Notes: generated by a model not told the origin, from the sequence alone. A stretch of DNA of 64,000 bases from Candidatus Cloacimonadota bacterium (GCA_963676615.1 OY781092.1:1120001-1184000); one strand, 5' to 3'. Counted from the first letter of the stretch, positions 27,630 to 38,386 are shown. Made by a program: numbers and translations.

Positions 27630-28528
27630 TTTTTCATTTTATCCCTAGGATGATTTTTTTGATAACTCTCTTTCAATTTACTCAGACTCACATGAGTGTA
27701 AATCTCTGTCGTAGAAAGGCTTGAGTGTCCCAGCATCTCCTGCACCGCCTTCAGATCTGCCCCAGCGTCCAAAAGATGCGTGGCAAAAGAGTGACGAATG
27801 CTGTGCGGCGTGCAGCCCTTGCTGTCTGCCACCAAATCCAAATATCGCGAAATAATCTGCCGCAATTGGTCGGAATCCAGCGGCAAACCGCTTTTTGAGA
27901 CAAACAAAATTTGCGAATCTTTTGGCGAGAAACTATCGCGAATTTTCCAATAGTCCAAAATCGCCTCTCTGGCGGGCTTGCCAATCGGCACAATCCGCTG
28001 TTTGTTACCTTTTCCGATCAAATCGATCAACCCTTTTTGAAAATCTATCTGCTCCATTTTGCAGACAGCCACCTCCGAAATCCGCAAACCGCACGAATAC
28101 ATCAGCTCCAAAATCGCCCTGTTGCGCACAGCGAATTTGTCCTTATCGCCCGGAATCCGCAAGAGTATCGCCATCTGCGTCTTATCCAAAAAAACGGGCA
28201 AATGCGGGCTAAACTTGGGCAATTTCATCCCCGCGGTGATGTTTTCTTTGGCGATTTTCTCCTTAAAAAGAAAAGCAAAAAACTCCTTGATCACCACCAT
28301 TTTATGCGCCATCGAACGATTGCTGAGATTTTGCGCCAAAGCCCTACCAAAATACGCTTTCAGCACGCTTTTGCTCACCAACTGCACCGCAGGCTCTTCC
28401 CCCAGCGAGTCGGCAAGAAATTCAGCGAAACTCTTGAGTTCCTTTGCGTAAGAAACCAGCGTGTTTTCTGCCAAATCACGAGCCCTCAGATAGTCTAAAT
28501 ATTTTTCGATCGCATTTTTTAACTTCAT
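27626..28528 (-). CDS. xerC: Tyrosine recombinase XerC-like
   Basis: RNRAILELMYSCGLRISE, GKGNKQRIVP, HSIRHSFATHLL, LGHSSLSTTEIYTH. About 300 aa. XerC versus XerD not firmly resolved. Confidence 0.85.
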   Translation of the reverse strand: MKLKNAIEKYLDYLRARDLAENTLVSYAKELKSFAEFLADSLGEEPAVQLVSKSVLKAYFGRALAQNLSNRSMAHKMVVIKEFFAFLFKEKIAKENITAGMKLPKFSPHLPVFLDKTQMAILLRIPGDKDKFAVRNRAILELMYSCGLRISEVAVCKMEQIDFQKGLIDLIGKGNKQRIVPIGKPAREAILDYWKIRDSFSPKDSQILFVSKSGLPLDSDQLRQIISRYLDLVADSKGCTPHSIRHSFATHLLDAGADLKAVQEMLGHSSLSTTEIYTHVSLSKLKESYQKNHPRDKMKK

Positions 28529-28720
28529 CTAGTTCAGCACCGCGCAAGTTTTCCTTTTGGTCAAGCAAAAATTGGCTTTATCCAGCAAAATAAAGCGCTG
28601 CTAGCCTTTGCGCCATAATGCTGCGCAAAAATTTTACGCCACATAAAAATTTCGCTTAATTTTTGAAAACTACTTGCCTATTTGCCAAACCGACAAAATT
28701 TGGGACTACGCTTAAAAAGG

Positions 28721-28797
28721 CGGGGTGTGGCTCAGTCCGGTAGAGCACAGCGTTCGGGACGCTGGGGCCGTAGGTTCAAATCCTATCACCCCGACCA
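28721..28797 (+). tRNA. tRNA-Pro (CGG)
   Basis: CGGGGTGTGGCTCAGTCCGGTAGAGCACAGCGTTCGGGACGCTGGGGCCGTAGGTTCAAATCCTATCACCCCGACCA. Anticodon CGG, encoded CCA. Confidence 0.96.
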
Positions 28798-28829
28798 TTT
28801 TTGAAAAAAAATTGAGAGAAATAACTTTT

Positions 28830-30080
28830 ATGATAGAAGAATTTTTAAACGGTAAAAAGAAAATATCTGTAACAGGTCTAGGATATGTCGGACTTCCGCT
28901 GGCTGTGGAGTTTGGAAAAATCGTCCCCACGGTCGGCTTTGATATTAAATCTGAGAGAGTGGCAGAAATTGCCCGCTTCGAGGACTCGACTCTGGAGACC
29001 ACTCCGCAGGAGCTAAAAGCCGCAAAACTTCTGTCAGTGACCGACCAAGTGAACAAAATCAAAGATTGCTGTTTTCACATCATCACCGTTCCTACGCCCG
29101 TTGACAAGTTCAACAAACCAGATTTGAGGCCGTTGCAATCCGCCAGCAGCACCGTTGGCAAAATTTTAAAAAAAGGCGACATCGTCGTTTACGAATCGAC
29201 AGTCTATCCTGGCGCAACCGAAGAGGAGTGCATCCCACTTTTGGAAAAATTCAGCGGCTTAAAGTTTAACCGCGACTTTTTTGTGGGCTTCTCTCCCGAG
29301 CGCATAAATCCAGGCGACAAAGTAAACACGCTCACCACCATCAAAAAAATCACTTCTGGCTCAAATTCCCAAACCGCAGATTTGGTGGACGCTCTCTACT
29401 CCAAAATAATCAAAGCTGGCACGCACAAAGCCTCCAGCATAAAAGTCGCCGAAGCAGCAAAGGTGATCGAAAACACCCAGCGCGATATCAACATCGCTTT
29501 CGTCAACGAACTATATATGCTTTTCGAAAAAATGGGAATCGATGTGAACCAAGTGCTGGCGGCAGCTGGGACAAAGTGGAATTTCCTAAAATTTTCGCCA
29601 GGTCTTGTCGGCGGACACTGCATCGGCGTTGATCCCTACTACCTCACGCACAAGGCACAATCTATCGGCTATCATCCCGAGATTATTTTGGCTGGCAGAC
29701 GCATCAACGACGGAATGGGCGCTTATGTCGCCGAGCAAATCATCAAAAAGATGATTAAAAAAGGGCATAAAATTTTGAACAGCAAAATTTTGGTAATGGG
29801 CGTAACTTTCAAAGAAAACTGCCCCGACATCCGCAACACCAAAGTTATCGATGTCATAAGCGAGCTCAAAGATTTCGGCTGCAAAGTGGATGTTTGCGAC
29901 CCGTGGGCAAACAAAGAGGAAGCCAAGCACGAATATGGAATTGACCTTATCGATGCAAAAAACCTTACACAATACGATGTAATCGCTATTTTGGTTGCTC
30001 ACAAGCAGTTCAAAAAAGAAGATTTTTCCAAAATTCCATCTGAAACCTTGATCTTCGATTTCAAAAATATTTTACGCTAA
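28830..30080 (+). CDS. UDP-N-acetylhexosamine 6-dehydrogenase (TviB/WbpO/CapL family)
   Basis: [58 protein letters not shown]. The track's earlier start overlaps the tRNA. Confidence 0.92.
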   Translation: MIEEFLNGKKKISVTGLGYVGLPLAVEFGKIVPTVGFDIKSERVAEIARFEDSTLETTPQELKAAKLLSVTDQVNKIKDCCFHIITVPTPVDKFNKPDLRPLQSASSTVGKILKKGDIVVYESTVYPGATEEECIPLLEKFSGLKFNRDFFVGFSPERINPGDKVNTLTTIKKITSGSNSQTADLVDALYSKIIKAGTHKASSIKVAEAAKVIENTQRDINIAFVNELYMLFEKMGIDVNQVLAAAGTKWNFLKFSPGLVGGHCIGVDPYYLTHKAQSIGYHPEIILAGRRINDGMGAYVAEQIIKKMIKKGHKILNSKILVMGVTFKENCPDIRNTKVIDVISELKDFGCKVDVCDPWANKEEAKHEYGIDLIDAKNLTQYDVIAILVAHKQFKKEDFSKIPSETLIFDFKNILR

Positions 30081-30083
30081 TTT

Positions 30084-31145
30084 ATGGAAAAAAGCAAAAT
30101 TTTGGTCACTGGCGCCGCAGGTTTCATCGGGTATCACCTCTGTCTTCGCCTCTTGAGCGAAAATTACGAGGTCGTGGGGCTAGACAACATCAACGATTAC
30201 TACGATGTTCGAGTGAAATACGGCCGCCTGCAGAGGCTGGGAATTGCCGAAGATAGCATCCAGTGGGGCGCTTTTGCCAAAAGTTCTTCGCAGCCGAATT
30301 TCAGCTTCGTCCGTGCAAATCTAGAGGATAAAGCGACTATCGACAAAATTTTTGCGGAAAACAAGTTCGAGAAAGTTTGCAACCTCGCCGCACAAGCTGG
30401 CGTCCGTTACAGCCTGACAAATCCAGAGGCTTACATTCAGAGCAACATCGTCGGATTTTTGAATATTTTGGAAGCTTGTCGCAATTTTGGCGTTAAATCG
30501 CTTTCCTACGCAAGTTCGTCCAGCGTTTACGGGCTGAACAAAAAGCAGCCTTTTTCGACCAGCGACAATGTCGATCATCCCGTGTCGCTCTATGCCGCCA
30601 GCAAAAAATCGAACGAGCTGATGGCGCACACTTACTCGCACCTTTACGGGCTTTCGACCACGGGTCTGCGTTTTTTCACGGTTTACGGACCTTGGGGCAG
30701 ACCAGATATGGCTTTGTTCCTTTTTACCAAAGCGATTTTGGAGAATAAGCCGATCGATGTTTACAATTTTGGCAAAATGGAGCGAGATTTTACCTACATC
30801 GACGATATTGTCGAAGGAATTTTTCGAGTTATCGAAAATCCAGCGGTTGCAAAAGAGAACTGGAATCCGCAATCGCCTGATCCGTCTTGTTCCACGGCGC
30901 CTTATCGTGTTTACAATATCGGTAACAGCTCGCCCGTGAAGCTGATGGATTTTATCGCCGCTTTGGAGAAAAAGCTCGGCATTGAAGCAGAAAAAAACTT
31001 TTTGCCGCTACAGGCTGGCGATGTGCCAGCGACTTGGGCGGATACTCAAGATTTGCAAAAAACGCTCTTCTATAAGCCTTCTACAGACATTCAGACGGGC
31101 ATAAATCGTTTTGTAGATTGGTATAGACAATTTTTTGGCGTTTAA
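30084..31145 (+). CDS. UDP-glucuronate 4-epimerase (CapI/Uge family)
   Basis: TGAAGFIG, LAAQAGVRYS, YASSSSVYG, YAASKK, FFTVYGPWGRPDMA. Confidence 0.92.
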   Translation: MEKSKILVTGAAGFIGYHLCLRLLSENYEVVGLDNINDYYDVRVKYGRLQRLGIAEDSIQWGAFAKSSSQPNFSFVRANLEDKATIDKIFAENKFEKVCNLAAQAGVRYSLTNPEAYIQSNIVGFLNILEACRNFGVKSLSYASSSSVYGLNKKQPFSTSDNVDHPVSLYAASKKSNELMAHTYSHLYGLSTTGLRFFTVYGPWGRPDMALFLFTKAILENKPIDVYNFGKMERDFTYIDDIVEGIFRVIENPAVAKENWNPQSPDPSCSTAPYRVYNIGNSSPVKLMDFIAALEKKLGIEAEKNFLPLQAGDVPATWADTQDLQKTLFYKPSTDIQTGINRFVDWYRQFFGV

Positions 31146-31183
31146 TATTTTCGTTTTTTATCAATTTAATAAGGAGTAATTTT

Positions 31184-32131
31184 ATGAAAGAATTAGTGGT
31201 TATAGCACTTGGTGGCAACGCCATCAAACAGGCTGGAGAAGAGGGAACTGCACAGCAGCAATTTGCCAACATCGACATCGCGTCCAAAGAGATTGTGAAG
31301 TTGAGCCAAGCCGGCTACAAGCTCGTGGTTACGCACGGAAACGGTCCGCAAGCAGGAAATTTGCTTATTCAACAAGAGGAAGGAAAAAAGCTTGTGCCTG
31401 CTTTGCCGCTGAATGTTGTCGGCGGAATGACGCAAGGGCAAATCGGCTATATGTTCCAAAATCGGTTGCAAAATAATTTTAGCCTTGCGGGAAAGAGCGT
31501 GCCGGTTGTTTCGCTGGTGACGCAAGTTTTGGTGGATAAAGACGATCCAGATTTTCAAGATCCGTCGAAGCCTGTGGGACCTTTCTACACAGAGGCGGAG
31601 GCGACGAGCCTCAAGAACGACAAGGGTTATGTGGTGAAAGAGGCGAAGCCTGGCGTCGAGAAAGGCTGGAGAAGAGTTGTGCCGTCTCCTGAGCCGATTG
31701 ATATTGTGGAAAAAGAGGCGATCAAGTCGCTTATCGGCTCTGGCGCGGTGACTATCGCTTGTGGCGGTGGCGGCATTCCTGTTAAAAAAGATGGCAAGCA
31801 AATTATCGGCATCGAGGGCGTTATCGACAAGGACAAGACTGGCAATGTGCTGGCTCAATCTGTTGGCGCCGATGTTTTAATGATTCTCACCGATGTGGAG
31901 CACGCCCTGATTAACTACAACAAGCCGAATCAAGAAGCTGTTGGCGCAGTGAGCGTTGAGCAAATGCAAAAGCTCTACGACGAAGGGCACTTCCTTGGCG
32001 GCTCTATGGGACCGAAAGTTGAAGCGGCAATGCGTTTCGTCCGTTCTACTGGCAAAAAATCGATCATCACTTCTTTGGACAAAGCAGGCGACGCCCTTGC
32101 AGGAAAAACAGGAACGATAATAAGCGCGTAA
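31184..32131 (+). CDS. arcC: Carbamate kinase
   Basis: ALGGNA, THGNGPQ, KPVGPFY, WRRVVPSP, GGGGIPV, VIDKD, GSMGPK. Confidence 0.95.
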   Translation: MKELVVIALGGNAIKQAGEEGTAQQQFANIDIASKEIVKLSQAGYKLVVTHGNGPQAGNLLIQQEEGKKLVPALPLNVVGGMTQGQIGYMFQNRLQNNFSLAGKSVPVVSLVTQVLVDKDDPDFQDPSKPVGPFYTEAEATSLKNDKGYVVKEAKPGVEKGWRRVVPSPEPIDIVEKEAIKSLIGSGAVTIACGGGGIPVKKDGKQIIGIEGVIDKDKTGNVLAQSVGADVLMILTDVEHALINYNKPNQEAVGAVSVEQMQKLYDEGHFLGGSMGPKVEAAMRFVRSTGKKSIITSLDKAGDALAGKTGTIISA

Positions 32132-32153
32132 AAAACGCTTCGAAAAACAAATT

Positions 32154-32181
32154 AAGCCGAGTTTTTACTCGGCTTTTTTTT
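32154..32181 (+). terminator. Intrinsic terminator of arcC
   Basis: AAGCCGAGT-TTTT-ACTCGGCTT followed by a T-run. Confidence 0.85.
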
Positions 32182-32226
32182 ATGTACAAACTCCAGCAAT
32201 CCTGCTCGAAATTTTTGGCTAGACAC

Positions 32227-32256
32227 AAAAAAAAGCGACCCATTTCTGAGTCGCTT
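32227..32256 (-). terminator. Intrinsic terminator of the PLP-enzyme gene
   Basis: AAGCGAC...GTCGCTT hairpin preceded by an A-run on the plus strand. Confidence 0.75.
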
Positions 32257-32279
32257 ATTTTTTCTTAAAAACCAGAGAA

Positions 32280-33758
32280 CTAATCTTTCAAAAGTCCAAC
32301 ATCTTTGTTGAATTGTTTGATTTTCTCGTCCCAATATTCCATACAGTCCATTCTCTCGTCCCAATAATTTTCATCATACCATTGAGCGTTGATCTCCTCG
32401 ACCGTCTTGCCTTGTTGCTCTACCCAAGTGAAATATTTAAGGTTGTGCATTCTCTTTTTGTCGGTATAAGTAAGCTCCATTGTGTGCTCTGTGTCAAGCC
32501 CCAACATAGAAGCCTCATACGCAACCGCCGCAGCCACATTGTCGAACTTGCCCTTTTGCTCGGTTTGCTCTTTCATACGAGACTGATACATCTCCATAGA
32601 GTCCGTAGCCACAGTCACCAAACAATCTTTCTCGTTCATCTCATAATATTTCGCCATCTTGATAGTTCCCATCAAGTTCGCAATACTAGAAATTCCCAAA
32701 AGCTTCAACTGATCAATAGTCGCTTGGTCAACGCCTTTAGCTTTAAGCAATTTGTGACCCTCTGGCTCGTTGAAAAGACGCATAATCTCCATATTCGCCT
32801 CATCGTCCACGCCAATAACCATATCGGTATTTTTCATATTGTGAACCCAAGGAACATGCTTATCGCCGATACCCTCGATTTTGTGTCCACCAAAACCGTT
32901 CTCCAGCAAAGTTGGACATTGATAAGCCTCACCAGCAGCCAACTTAACCGTTGGAGAATGATACTTCTTCAGATAATCAGCAGCAGCCAAAGTTCCCGCA
33001 GAACCTTGAGTAAGGAAAACACCAGCCAATCTTTGACCAGCCTTAGCGTTCTTATCAAAAACCTCTTTCATCGCTCTACCTGTCACATTATAGTGCCACA
33101 TACAGTTTCCGAAATTCTCGAACTGATTGAAGTTCAACACAGCGTCGCCTCTCTCCTCAACCAACTCTTTCGCCTTGTCATAAATCTCCTTCACATTCGA
33201 CTCACAACCAGGAGTAGCAAAAACTTCCGCACCAATCTCACGAAGCCAATCGAACCTCTCTTGGCTCATCTCCTCTGGCAAAATCGCAATCGAGCTATAA
33301 CCCAAAAGATAAGAATCGTAAGCACCGCCACGGCAATAGTTACCCGTAGAAGGCCAGATCGCTTTTTGCGTTGTCGGATCGAACTCACCAGCGGTCATCG
33401 CTTGGATAAGCGGACCGTAGGTAGCACCCACTTTGTGCGCGCCAGTCGGGAAATATTTACCAACCAAAACAAAAATTCTGGAATCAACACCAGAAATTGC
33501 CTTTGGAATCTCCACGAAATTAACATCGCCAAAGCCTTTACCCTCTTTTTGAGGATCGTTAACTCTTTCGTTTTTCCAAGTAATACGGAACAAATTCGCA
33601 GGATCAAGATCCCAAATCGACAAATTTTTCAACTTGTCCTTAATGCTTTGTGGAATAGTCTCAGGATTGATTTGTTGCGCCATTGTAGGCAAAATCACAT
33701 TCCTTTTACGGCACTGCTCAACAGCGGTTTGATAGACCTCTTGTTTGGTTTTAGCCAT
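32280..33758 (-). CDS. Fold-type II (TrpB/cysteine synthase-like) PLP-dependent enzyme, function unresolved
   Basis: FPTGAHKVGA (PLP Lys), WPSTGNYCRGGA, GSAGT, HKIEGIGDKHVPW. Confidence 0.85.
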   Translation of the reverse strand: MAKTKQEVYQTAVEQCRKRNVILPTMAQQINPETIPQSIKDKLKNLSIWDLDPANLFRITWKNERVNDPQKEGKGFGDVNFVEIPKAISGVDSRIFVLVGKYFPTGAHKVGATYGPLIQAMTAGEFDPTTQKAIWPSTGNYCRGGAYDSYLLGYSSIAILPEEMSQERFDWLREIGAEVFATPGCESNVKEIYDKAKELVEERGDAVLNFNQFENFGNCMWHYNVTGRAMKEVFDKNAKAGQRLAGVFLTQGSAGTLAAADYLKKYHSPTVKLAAGEAYQCPTLLENGFGGHKIEGIGDKHVPWVHNMKNTDMVIGVDDEANMEIMRLFNEPEGHKLLKAKGVDQATIDQLKLLGISSIANLMGTIKMAKYYEMNEKDCLVTVATDSMEMYQSRMKEQTEQKGKFDNVAAAVAYEASMLGLDTEHTMELTYTDKKRMHNLKYFTWVEQQGKTVEEINAQWYDENYWDERMDCMEYWDEKIKQFNKDVGLLKD

Positions 33759-33783
33759 TTTTTATCTCCTTAATCTATAGTAT

Positions 33784-34662
33784 TTATTTTTTTACTTTTT
33801 GAATAATATTACCCTTTATTTGCGAAACGACAATTCCTGTCAACATAAAAACGCAACCGATTTGTCCTCTTGGAGTTATGGATTCGCCCAAAATAAAATA
33901 ACCGCCCAAAGCGGCAAAAACTGTCTCAAAACTCAAAATAATCGCCGCTGGCGTGGGCTCCACCATTTTCTGACCAACCACCTGCAAAGTGTAAGCAAGA
34001 CCAACAGAAAAAACACCCGCATAAAAAATCGCCCAAAAACCATCTCGCACACCCGCATAGCTAACGCTCTCAAAAATCCCAGCACAAACAAGACTAAGCA
34101 GCCCACACACCAAAAACTGCAAAAGACTCAGAACCAAAGCGTCTATCGAAGCCAAAAAAATGTCGATGCTCACCACATGAAACGCAAAACAAATCGCACA
34201 AAGAAAAACCAAAAAATCACCAAAATTTATCTGTCCGCCAAAATCTTTCACCGCCAAAAAATACAAGCCCCAAAACGCCAGAAAACAGCCAATCCACATC
34301 GCTTTGCCAGCTTTTTTCCCAAAAAAAATCCCCAAAAAAGGCACCAAAACCACATACAAACCCGTGATAAAACCAGCGCTGCCTGTGGTCGTATATTGGA
34401 TACCGAACTGCTGCAAAGTCGCTCCCGAAAAAAGAAAAAGCCCCGAAATTGCACCACAGCGCAAATTTTTACGCGTAAAAATTTTAGACTTTTTCCCAAA
34501 AAAATAAGCAAAAAACAGCAAAACAACAAACCCCAAAAGAAAACGAAAACAGTTGTAATAAAAGGGTGAAACAAAACCAGAGCCGATTTTTTGCGCCACA
34601 AAAGCTGTGCCCCAGATAAACGCCGTGAGCATCAAAAGTGCTTGCGAAAAGATATTTTTCAT
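33784..34662 (-). CDS. DMT/EamA family transporter
   Basis: IWGTAFVAQK, FITGLYVVLVP, AYTLQVVGQK, FETVFAAL. About 10 TM helices. Confidence 0.9.
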   Translation of the reverse strand: MKNIFSQALLMLTAFIWGTAFVAQKIGSGFVSPFYYNCFRFLLGFVVLLFFAYFFGKKSKIFTRKNLRCGAISGLFLFSGATLQQFGIQYTTTGSAGFITGLYVVLVPFLGIFFGKKAGKAMWIGCFLAFWGLYFLAVKDFGGQINFGDFLVFLCAICFAFHVVSIDIFLASIDALVLSLLQFLVCGLLSLVCAGIFESVSYAGVRDGFWAIFYAGVFSVGLAYTLQVVGQKMVEPTPAAIILSFETVFAALGGYFILGESITPRGQIGCVFMLTGIVVSQIKGNIIQKVKK

Positions 34663-34685
34663 CTTTCAAATTTGAATGAAAAAAA

Positions 34686-35597
34686 CTAGCCCAAAATTTC
34701 GTCGTAAGTCTTAAAATGCGTTTTGCAAATCAGCGGCAATTTTTCTTTGGAGAACCTGGCGACAAACTCGCGCGCATCTTTTTCTACGAACGAAGAAGCC
34801 CCTTTGTGCAGCGGGAAACCGCACTTTTTCGACAAAATCGTCATCTGTTTCAAAAATTCCGCTCTAGCCAAAATCGACGCCGCAGCAACCGCCAAATCGT
34901 CCTCTGCCTTTTCCCGAAAGATACAAGGAATCTGCAAAAACTCCGCTGGAGCAAAATCTTTTAACATTCTCTCGCTGGTAAATTTATCAATCACCACACC
35001 CTGAAAATCGACCGCCTGCTTCAGCTTTAAGACAGCGGCGGTGTGCAGCCAAACCATCATATGATTTAGCTTCTGCCCTCTTTCCCGAAACTCGGCGTAA
35101 ATTTTGTTGTATTTTTCGGGCAATAACGCCAACACACGGCAATTATGCGGGAATTCTCGATAGAGAGCCGAGGCAATCCCCACGATTTTTCGATCGTCCA
35201 ACTTTTTGCAATCGTCCACGCCCAAATCTTGCAACCTGTTCAAAATGCTCTTATCCGCCACAAAACCAGCCACCACTAGCGGTCCAAAAAAATCACCCTT
35301 GCCCGATTCGTCTGTGCCTGCCCAGCGGCTCCAGCTATGCTTTTTGGCTGGAATCGACTTTGACAAGCCACAAATCTCCTGCAATTTTGCCGCAAGAGAG
35401 GTCTCTTTTTTGCCGCCAAGCACAATCGAAACGCCTTTTTTTTCGGAAAAATAGATGTTCAAATTATTTTTCTCGTTACCCGAGCGAAAATATAAAGCTA
35501 CCCCATACGGAATAGCTTTTTTTTGGACAAGTTCTATCTCTGGCAGCTTCTGGACTCGCTCCAGCAGCCGCTCTAACGCTTGATGTAGCGAGTTCAT
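34686..35597 (-). CDS. rnhC: Ribonuclease HIII
   Basis: GTDESGKGDFFGPLVV, GVDDCKKL, IDKF, VAAASILAR, KTHFKT, with an N-terminal extension. Confidence 0.88.
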   Translation of the reverse strand: MNSLHQALERLLERVQKLPEIELVQKKAIPYGVALYFRSGNEKNNLNIYFSEKKGVSIVLGGKKETSLAAKLQEICGLSKSIPAKKHSWSRWAGTDESGKGDFFGPLVVAGFVADKSILNRLQDLGVDDCKKLDDRKIVGIASALYREFPHNCRVLALLPEKYNKIYAEFRERGQKLNHMMVWLHTAAVLKLKQAVDFQGVVIDKFTSERMLKDFAPAEFLQIPCIFREKAEDDLAVAAASILARAEFLKQMTILSKKCGFPLHKGASSFVEKDAREFVARFSKEKLPLICKTHFKTYDEILG

Positions 35598-37189
35598 TTC
35601 TCTTTTTTGTGCGCTTTAATATATTTTTTCGAGTTTCTAAAAACCTGCTCAGTGTTGTTCGCGCCCTGCAAAATTTCCAGCGCAGCCTTCACATCTGGGT
35701 CAACATTCAGCAACTTTTTTTGCGCAACATTCGGCGAGAATTTCCGCCGCAAAATTTCCGACTCCAGCCGCACCTTGATTTTGTTGTAAACAGAATCGAC
35801 GCTGCTTTTTTTCGTCTCGATTTTCTGATTATTTTTCACATATTTTACAAAATCGACTATCGTTCGCGAGTCTGCCTCAAAAAATTCGTCGATATTGTCG
35901 GCGTTTTCGTTAAAATAATTCACAGAATAGTCGAAATAAGAGTTGTTCAAAATAAAATCTTTTTCCAGCTGGCTGTACTCCTCTTCTTCCACCTCAACAT
36001 CGGGCAAAATTCCGCCGCCGCCATAAACTTTACGACCGCCTAAAGTATTGAAAACCTTGTGTTTATTGTTCTCTTTATACTCTTTCATTTTCTCTTTGAG
36101 GAACTCTTTGCTGATCGTGTCGCTGTAATTTTTGATAATCGAGTCGTTGAACGAGTTGTGCACGCAGCGCCCAGATGGGACATAATATTTGGCGATGGTC
36201 ATCTTGATGCCTTCCGCATTGGGCAATGTGTAGGTCTGCTGCACAGAGCCTTTGCCATACGACTGCGAGCCGATAATCAGCGCTTTATCATAATCTTGCA
36301 GAACGCCCGCAAAAATCTCCGAGGCGCTGGCAGAACCACTATTTACCAAAACAACCAGCGGCACATCTCCGATAGACGCAGGATAGTTGGAGTAGTAATT
36401 TTTGGTAAAACTGCTGTTTTTGCCTTTGGTGGTCAACAAAAGTTTGCCCTTGTCCACAAATTCGTCCAAAATTGTCAGAGCCTCCTGCAGCAAACCGCCA
36501 GGATTGTTCCGCAAATCGATAATGTATTTGGTCGCCCCTTTCTCCTTCAGCTCCCGCAAAGCTCCGATAAAATCTTCGGTCGTGTTTCCGTTAAATTGGC
36601 GAAGCTTGACATAGCCGATATCGCCGCCAAGCAAGAACTTATACGGAACGCTGGAGACATTTATCACCGCGCGCTCCAAATCGAAATCTTTGGTCTGGTC
36701 GAACCTTTTCACCGTAACTTTGACCTTCGTGCCGGGCTTCCCCTTGAGCTTTTTTATCAACTCATTAATATCCAAACCCACAACATCCTCGCCGTCCACA
36801 GCGATAATCTTGTCGCCAGACATCATCCCCGCTTTGAGCGCAGGCGAATCCTCGATCGGTTCTACAACCGTCACATACTTTCCCATCGTGGAGATAACAA
36901 TACCCAGACCGCCAAAATGCCCGCTGGTCTGCTCAAAAAAGCTTTTGAACTCCTTTTCTGTATAAAAAGCTGTGTGCGGATCCAACTCCTCAATCATCCC
37001 CTTGATTGCATTGTTCACCAGCTCTTGCGTCGAAATATCGCCGTCATAATTTTGCCGAACCAGCTTTAGAACCTGCATCAAAGATTGCACATCCCGAAAA
37101 TTATCGGTCTCGTCCGCCAACACCAAAAACGGAAGCGACAACAACCAAACAAATATCAAAAATTTTCTCAATTTTTCCTCCCTAAACAA
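35594..37189 (-). CDS. ctpA: S41 carboxyl-terminal processing protease
   Basis: LDPHT, FGGLGI (PDZ), DLRNNPGGLL, SASASEI, GKGSVQ, GGILPDV. Confidence 0.92.
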   Translation of the reverse strand: MFREEKLRKFLIFVWLLSLPFLVLADETDNFRDVQSLMQVLKLVRQNYDGDISTQELVNNAIKGMIEELDPHTAFYTEKEFKSFFEQTSGHFGGLGIVISTMGKYVTVVEPIEDSPALKAGMMSGDKIIAVDGEDVVGLDINELIKKLKGKPGTKVKVTVKRFDQTKDFDLERAVINVSSVPYKFLLGGDIGYVKLRQFNGNTTEDFIGALRELKEKGATKYIIDLRNNPGGLLQEALTILDEFVDKGKLLLTTKGKNSSFTKNYYSNYPASIGDVPLVVLVNSGSASASEIFAGVLQDYDKALIIGSQSYGKGSVQQTYTLPNAEGIKMTIAKYYVPSGRCVHNSFNDSIIKNYSDTISKEFLKEKMKEYKENNKHKVFNTLGGRKVYGGGGILPDVEVEEEEYSQLEKDFILNNSYFDYSVNYFNENADNIDEFFEADSRTIVDFVKYVKNNQKIETKKSSVDSVYNKIKVRLESEILRRKFSPNVAQKKLLNVDPDVKAALEILQGANNTEQVFRNSKKYIKAHKKEK

Positions 37190-37201
37190 AAAATAAGGAA
37201 A

Positions 37202-37804
37202 CTATCTCTTTTTCAAAACGCTCAAAATTTGAGCATGAATATCTTCAATAGGCTTTTGCCCGTCGAGCACAACCACTCTTTTTGGAAAAAGCTCCGCCAA
37301 TTTATCGAACCCCTTGATGAGCCGCTCGTGACGCTCCAAACTCGCTTCTTCAAACTTGTCTTTCTCTTTTGAACTCAGCCGTTTTTGCGACTCCTGCAAA
37401 CTCACACGCAGATAAAAAGTGATATCGGGCGTAATCCCTTGCGTGCTAAATCGGTTAATCCACTCAATATCCTGAATCTGCAAATCTCCGGCAAACCCCT
37501 GATACACCAGCGAAGAATCGCTGAACCTGTCACAAACCACCTGATAACCTTTTTGCAATTTAGGCAAAATATGCTTGGCGCAATGCTCGCTCCGAACGGC
37601 GCTAAACAGCAAAAAAGCGCTCTTATCGCTAAGCTCAACCTGTCTATCGTGCAACAAAATATTCCGAATACTCTCGGCAAAATAAAAGCCGCCCGGCTCT
37701 CTGGTCAAAAAACTTTTTGCCCCAGAATTTAGAAAGTGTTTATGCAAAAGAGAAGCTTGCGTGCTTTTCCCACAAGCTTCTACACCTTCAAAAGTAATAA
37801 ACAT
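37202..37804 (-). CDS. tmk: Thymidylate kinase
   Basis: FITFEGVEACGKST, TREPGG, CDRFSDSSLVYQG. Confidence 0.96.
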   Translation of the reverse strand: MFITFEGVEACGKSTQASLLHKHFLNSGAKSFLTREPGGFYFAESIRNILLHDRQVELSDKSAFLLFSAVRSEHCAKHILPKLQKGYQVVCDRFSDSSLVYQGFAGDLQIQDIEWINRFSTQGITPDITFYLRVSLQESQKRLSSKEKDKFEEASLERHERLIKGFDKLAELFPKRVVVLDGQKPIEDIHAQILSVLKKR

Positions 37805-37816
37805 AAACTTTTTTTA

Positions 37817-38374
37817 CTAGACCGTCAAAATATCTTTTTCTTTATTTTTGACCGCCACATCAACCTTTTCCACCCACTCATCCGTCAAACTCTGAACGCT
37901 TTTGAGCAAATTTTTTTGGTCGTCTTCGGAAATATCGCCAGCTTTCTCCAGCTTTTTCCCCTGCTCGTTGGCGTCCCGACGCACATTCCGCAAAGCCACT
38001 TTACAACTCTCGCCTCGCTTTTTCACATCCTTGACAATCTCCTGGCGCTTTTCTTGCGTAAGCGGCGGAAAAGGCAAGCGGATAACCACACCATCGTTTT
38101 CGGGCGTCACACCCAAATTCGACGAAAGCACCGCCTTTTCTATCTCCTTAAGAGTCGATTTATCCCACGGCTGCAAAACAATCATCCGCGCCTCTGGCAC
38201 AGAAATCTTGCACATCTGCTTCAACGGCGTCTGCTGCCCGTAATAATCGACCATCACCCTATCCAACACGCCCGCATTCGCTTTGCCCGCAACAATCTTG
38301 CTATAATCGCCAAGCAGACTATTAAAAGCCTCTTCCATCTTCTTTTTTGCAATATCCAAAGTCTCTTTCGTCAT
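37817..38374 (-). CDS. frr: Ribosome recycling factor
   Basis: VDYYG, NLGVTPENDG, PPLTQEKR, RNVRRDA. Follows pyrH. Confidence 0.96.
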   Translation of the reverse strand: MTKETLDIAKKKMEEAFNSLLGDYSKIVAGKANAGVLDRVMVDYYGQQTPLKQMCKISVPEARMIVLQPWDKSTLKEIEKAVLSSNLGVTPENDGVVIRLPFPPLTQEKRQEIVKDVKKRGESCKVALRNVRRDANEQGKKLEKAGDISEDDQKNLLKSVQSLTDEWVEKVDVAVKNKEKDILTV

Positions 38375-38386
38375 TTCCTTGCTCCT

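Noticed and set aside
27626..28797. Tyrosine recombinase next to a tRNA as a prophage or island integrase
   Set aside because: It is Xer-sized with Xer-like motifs, coupled to mutL-miaA, and on the 5' side of the tRNA. No att duplication or phage genes were seen.
28797..31145. UDP-sugar genes right after tRNA-Pro as an integrated island
   Set aside because: No duplicate of the tRNA 3' end was found and composition resembles the core genes.
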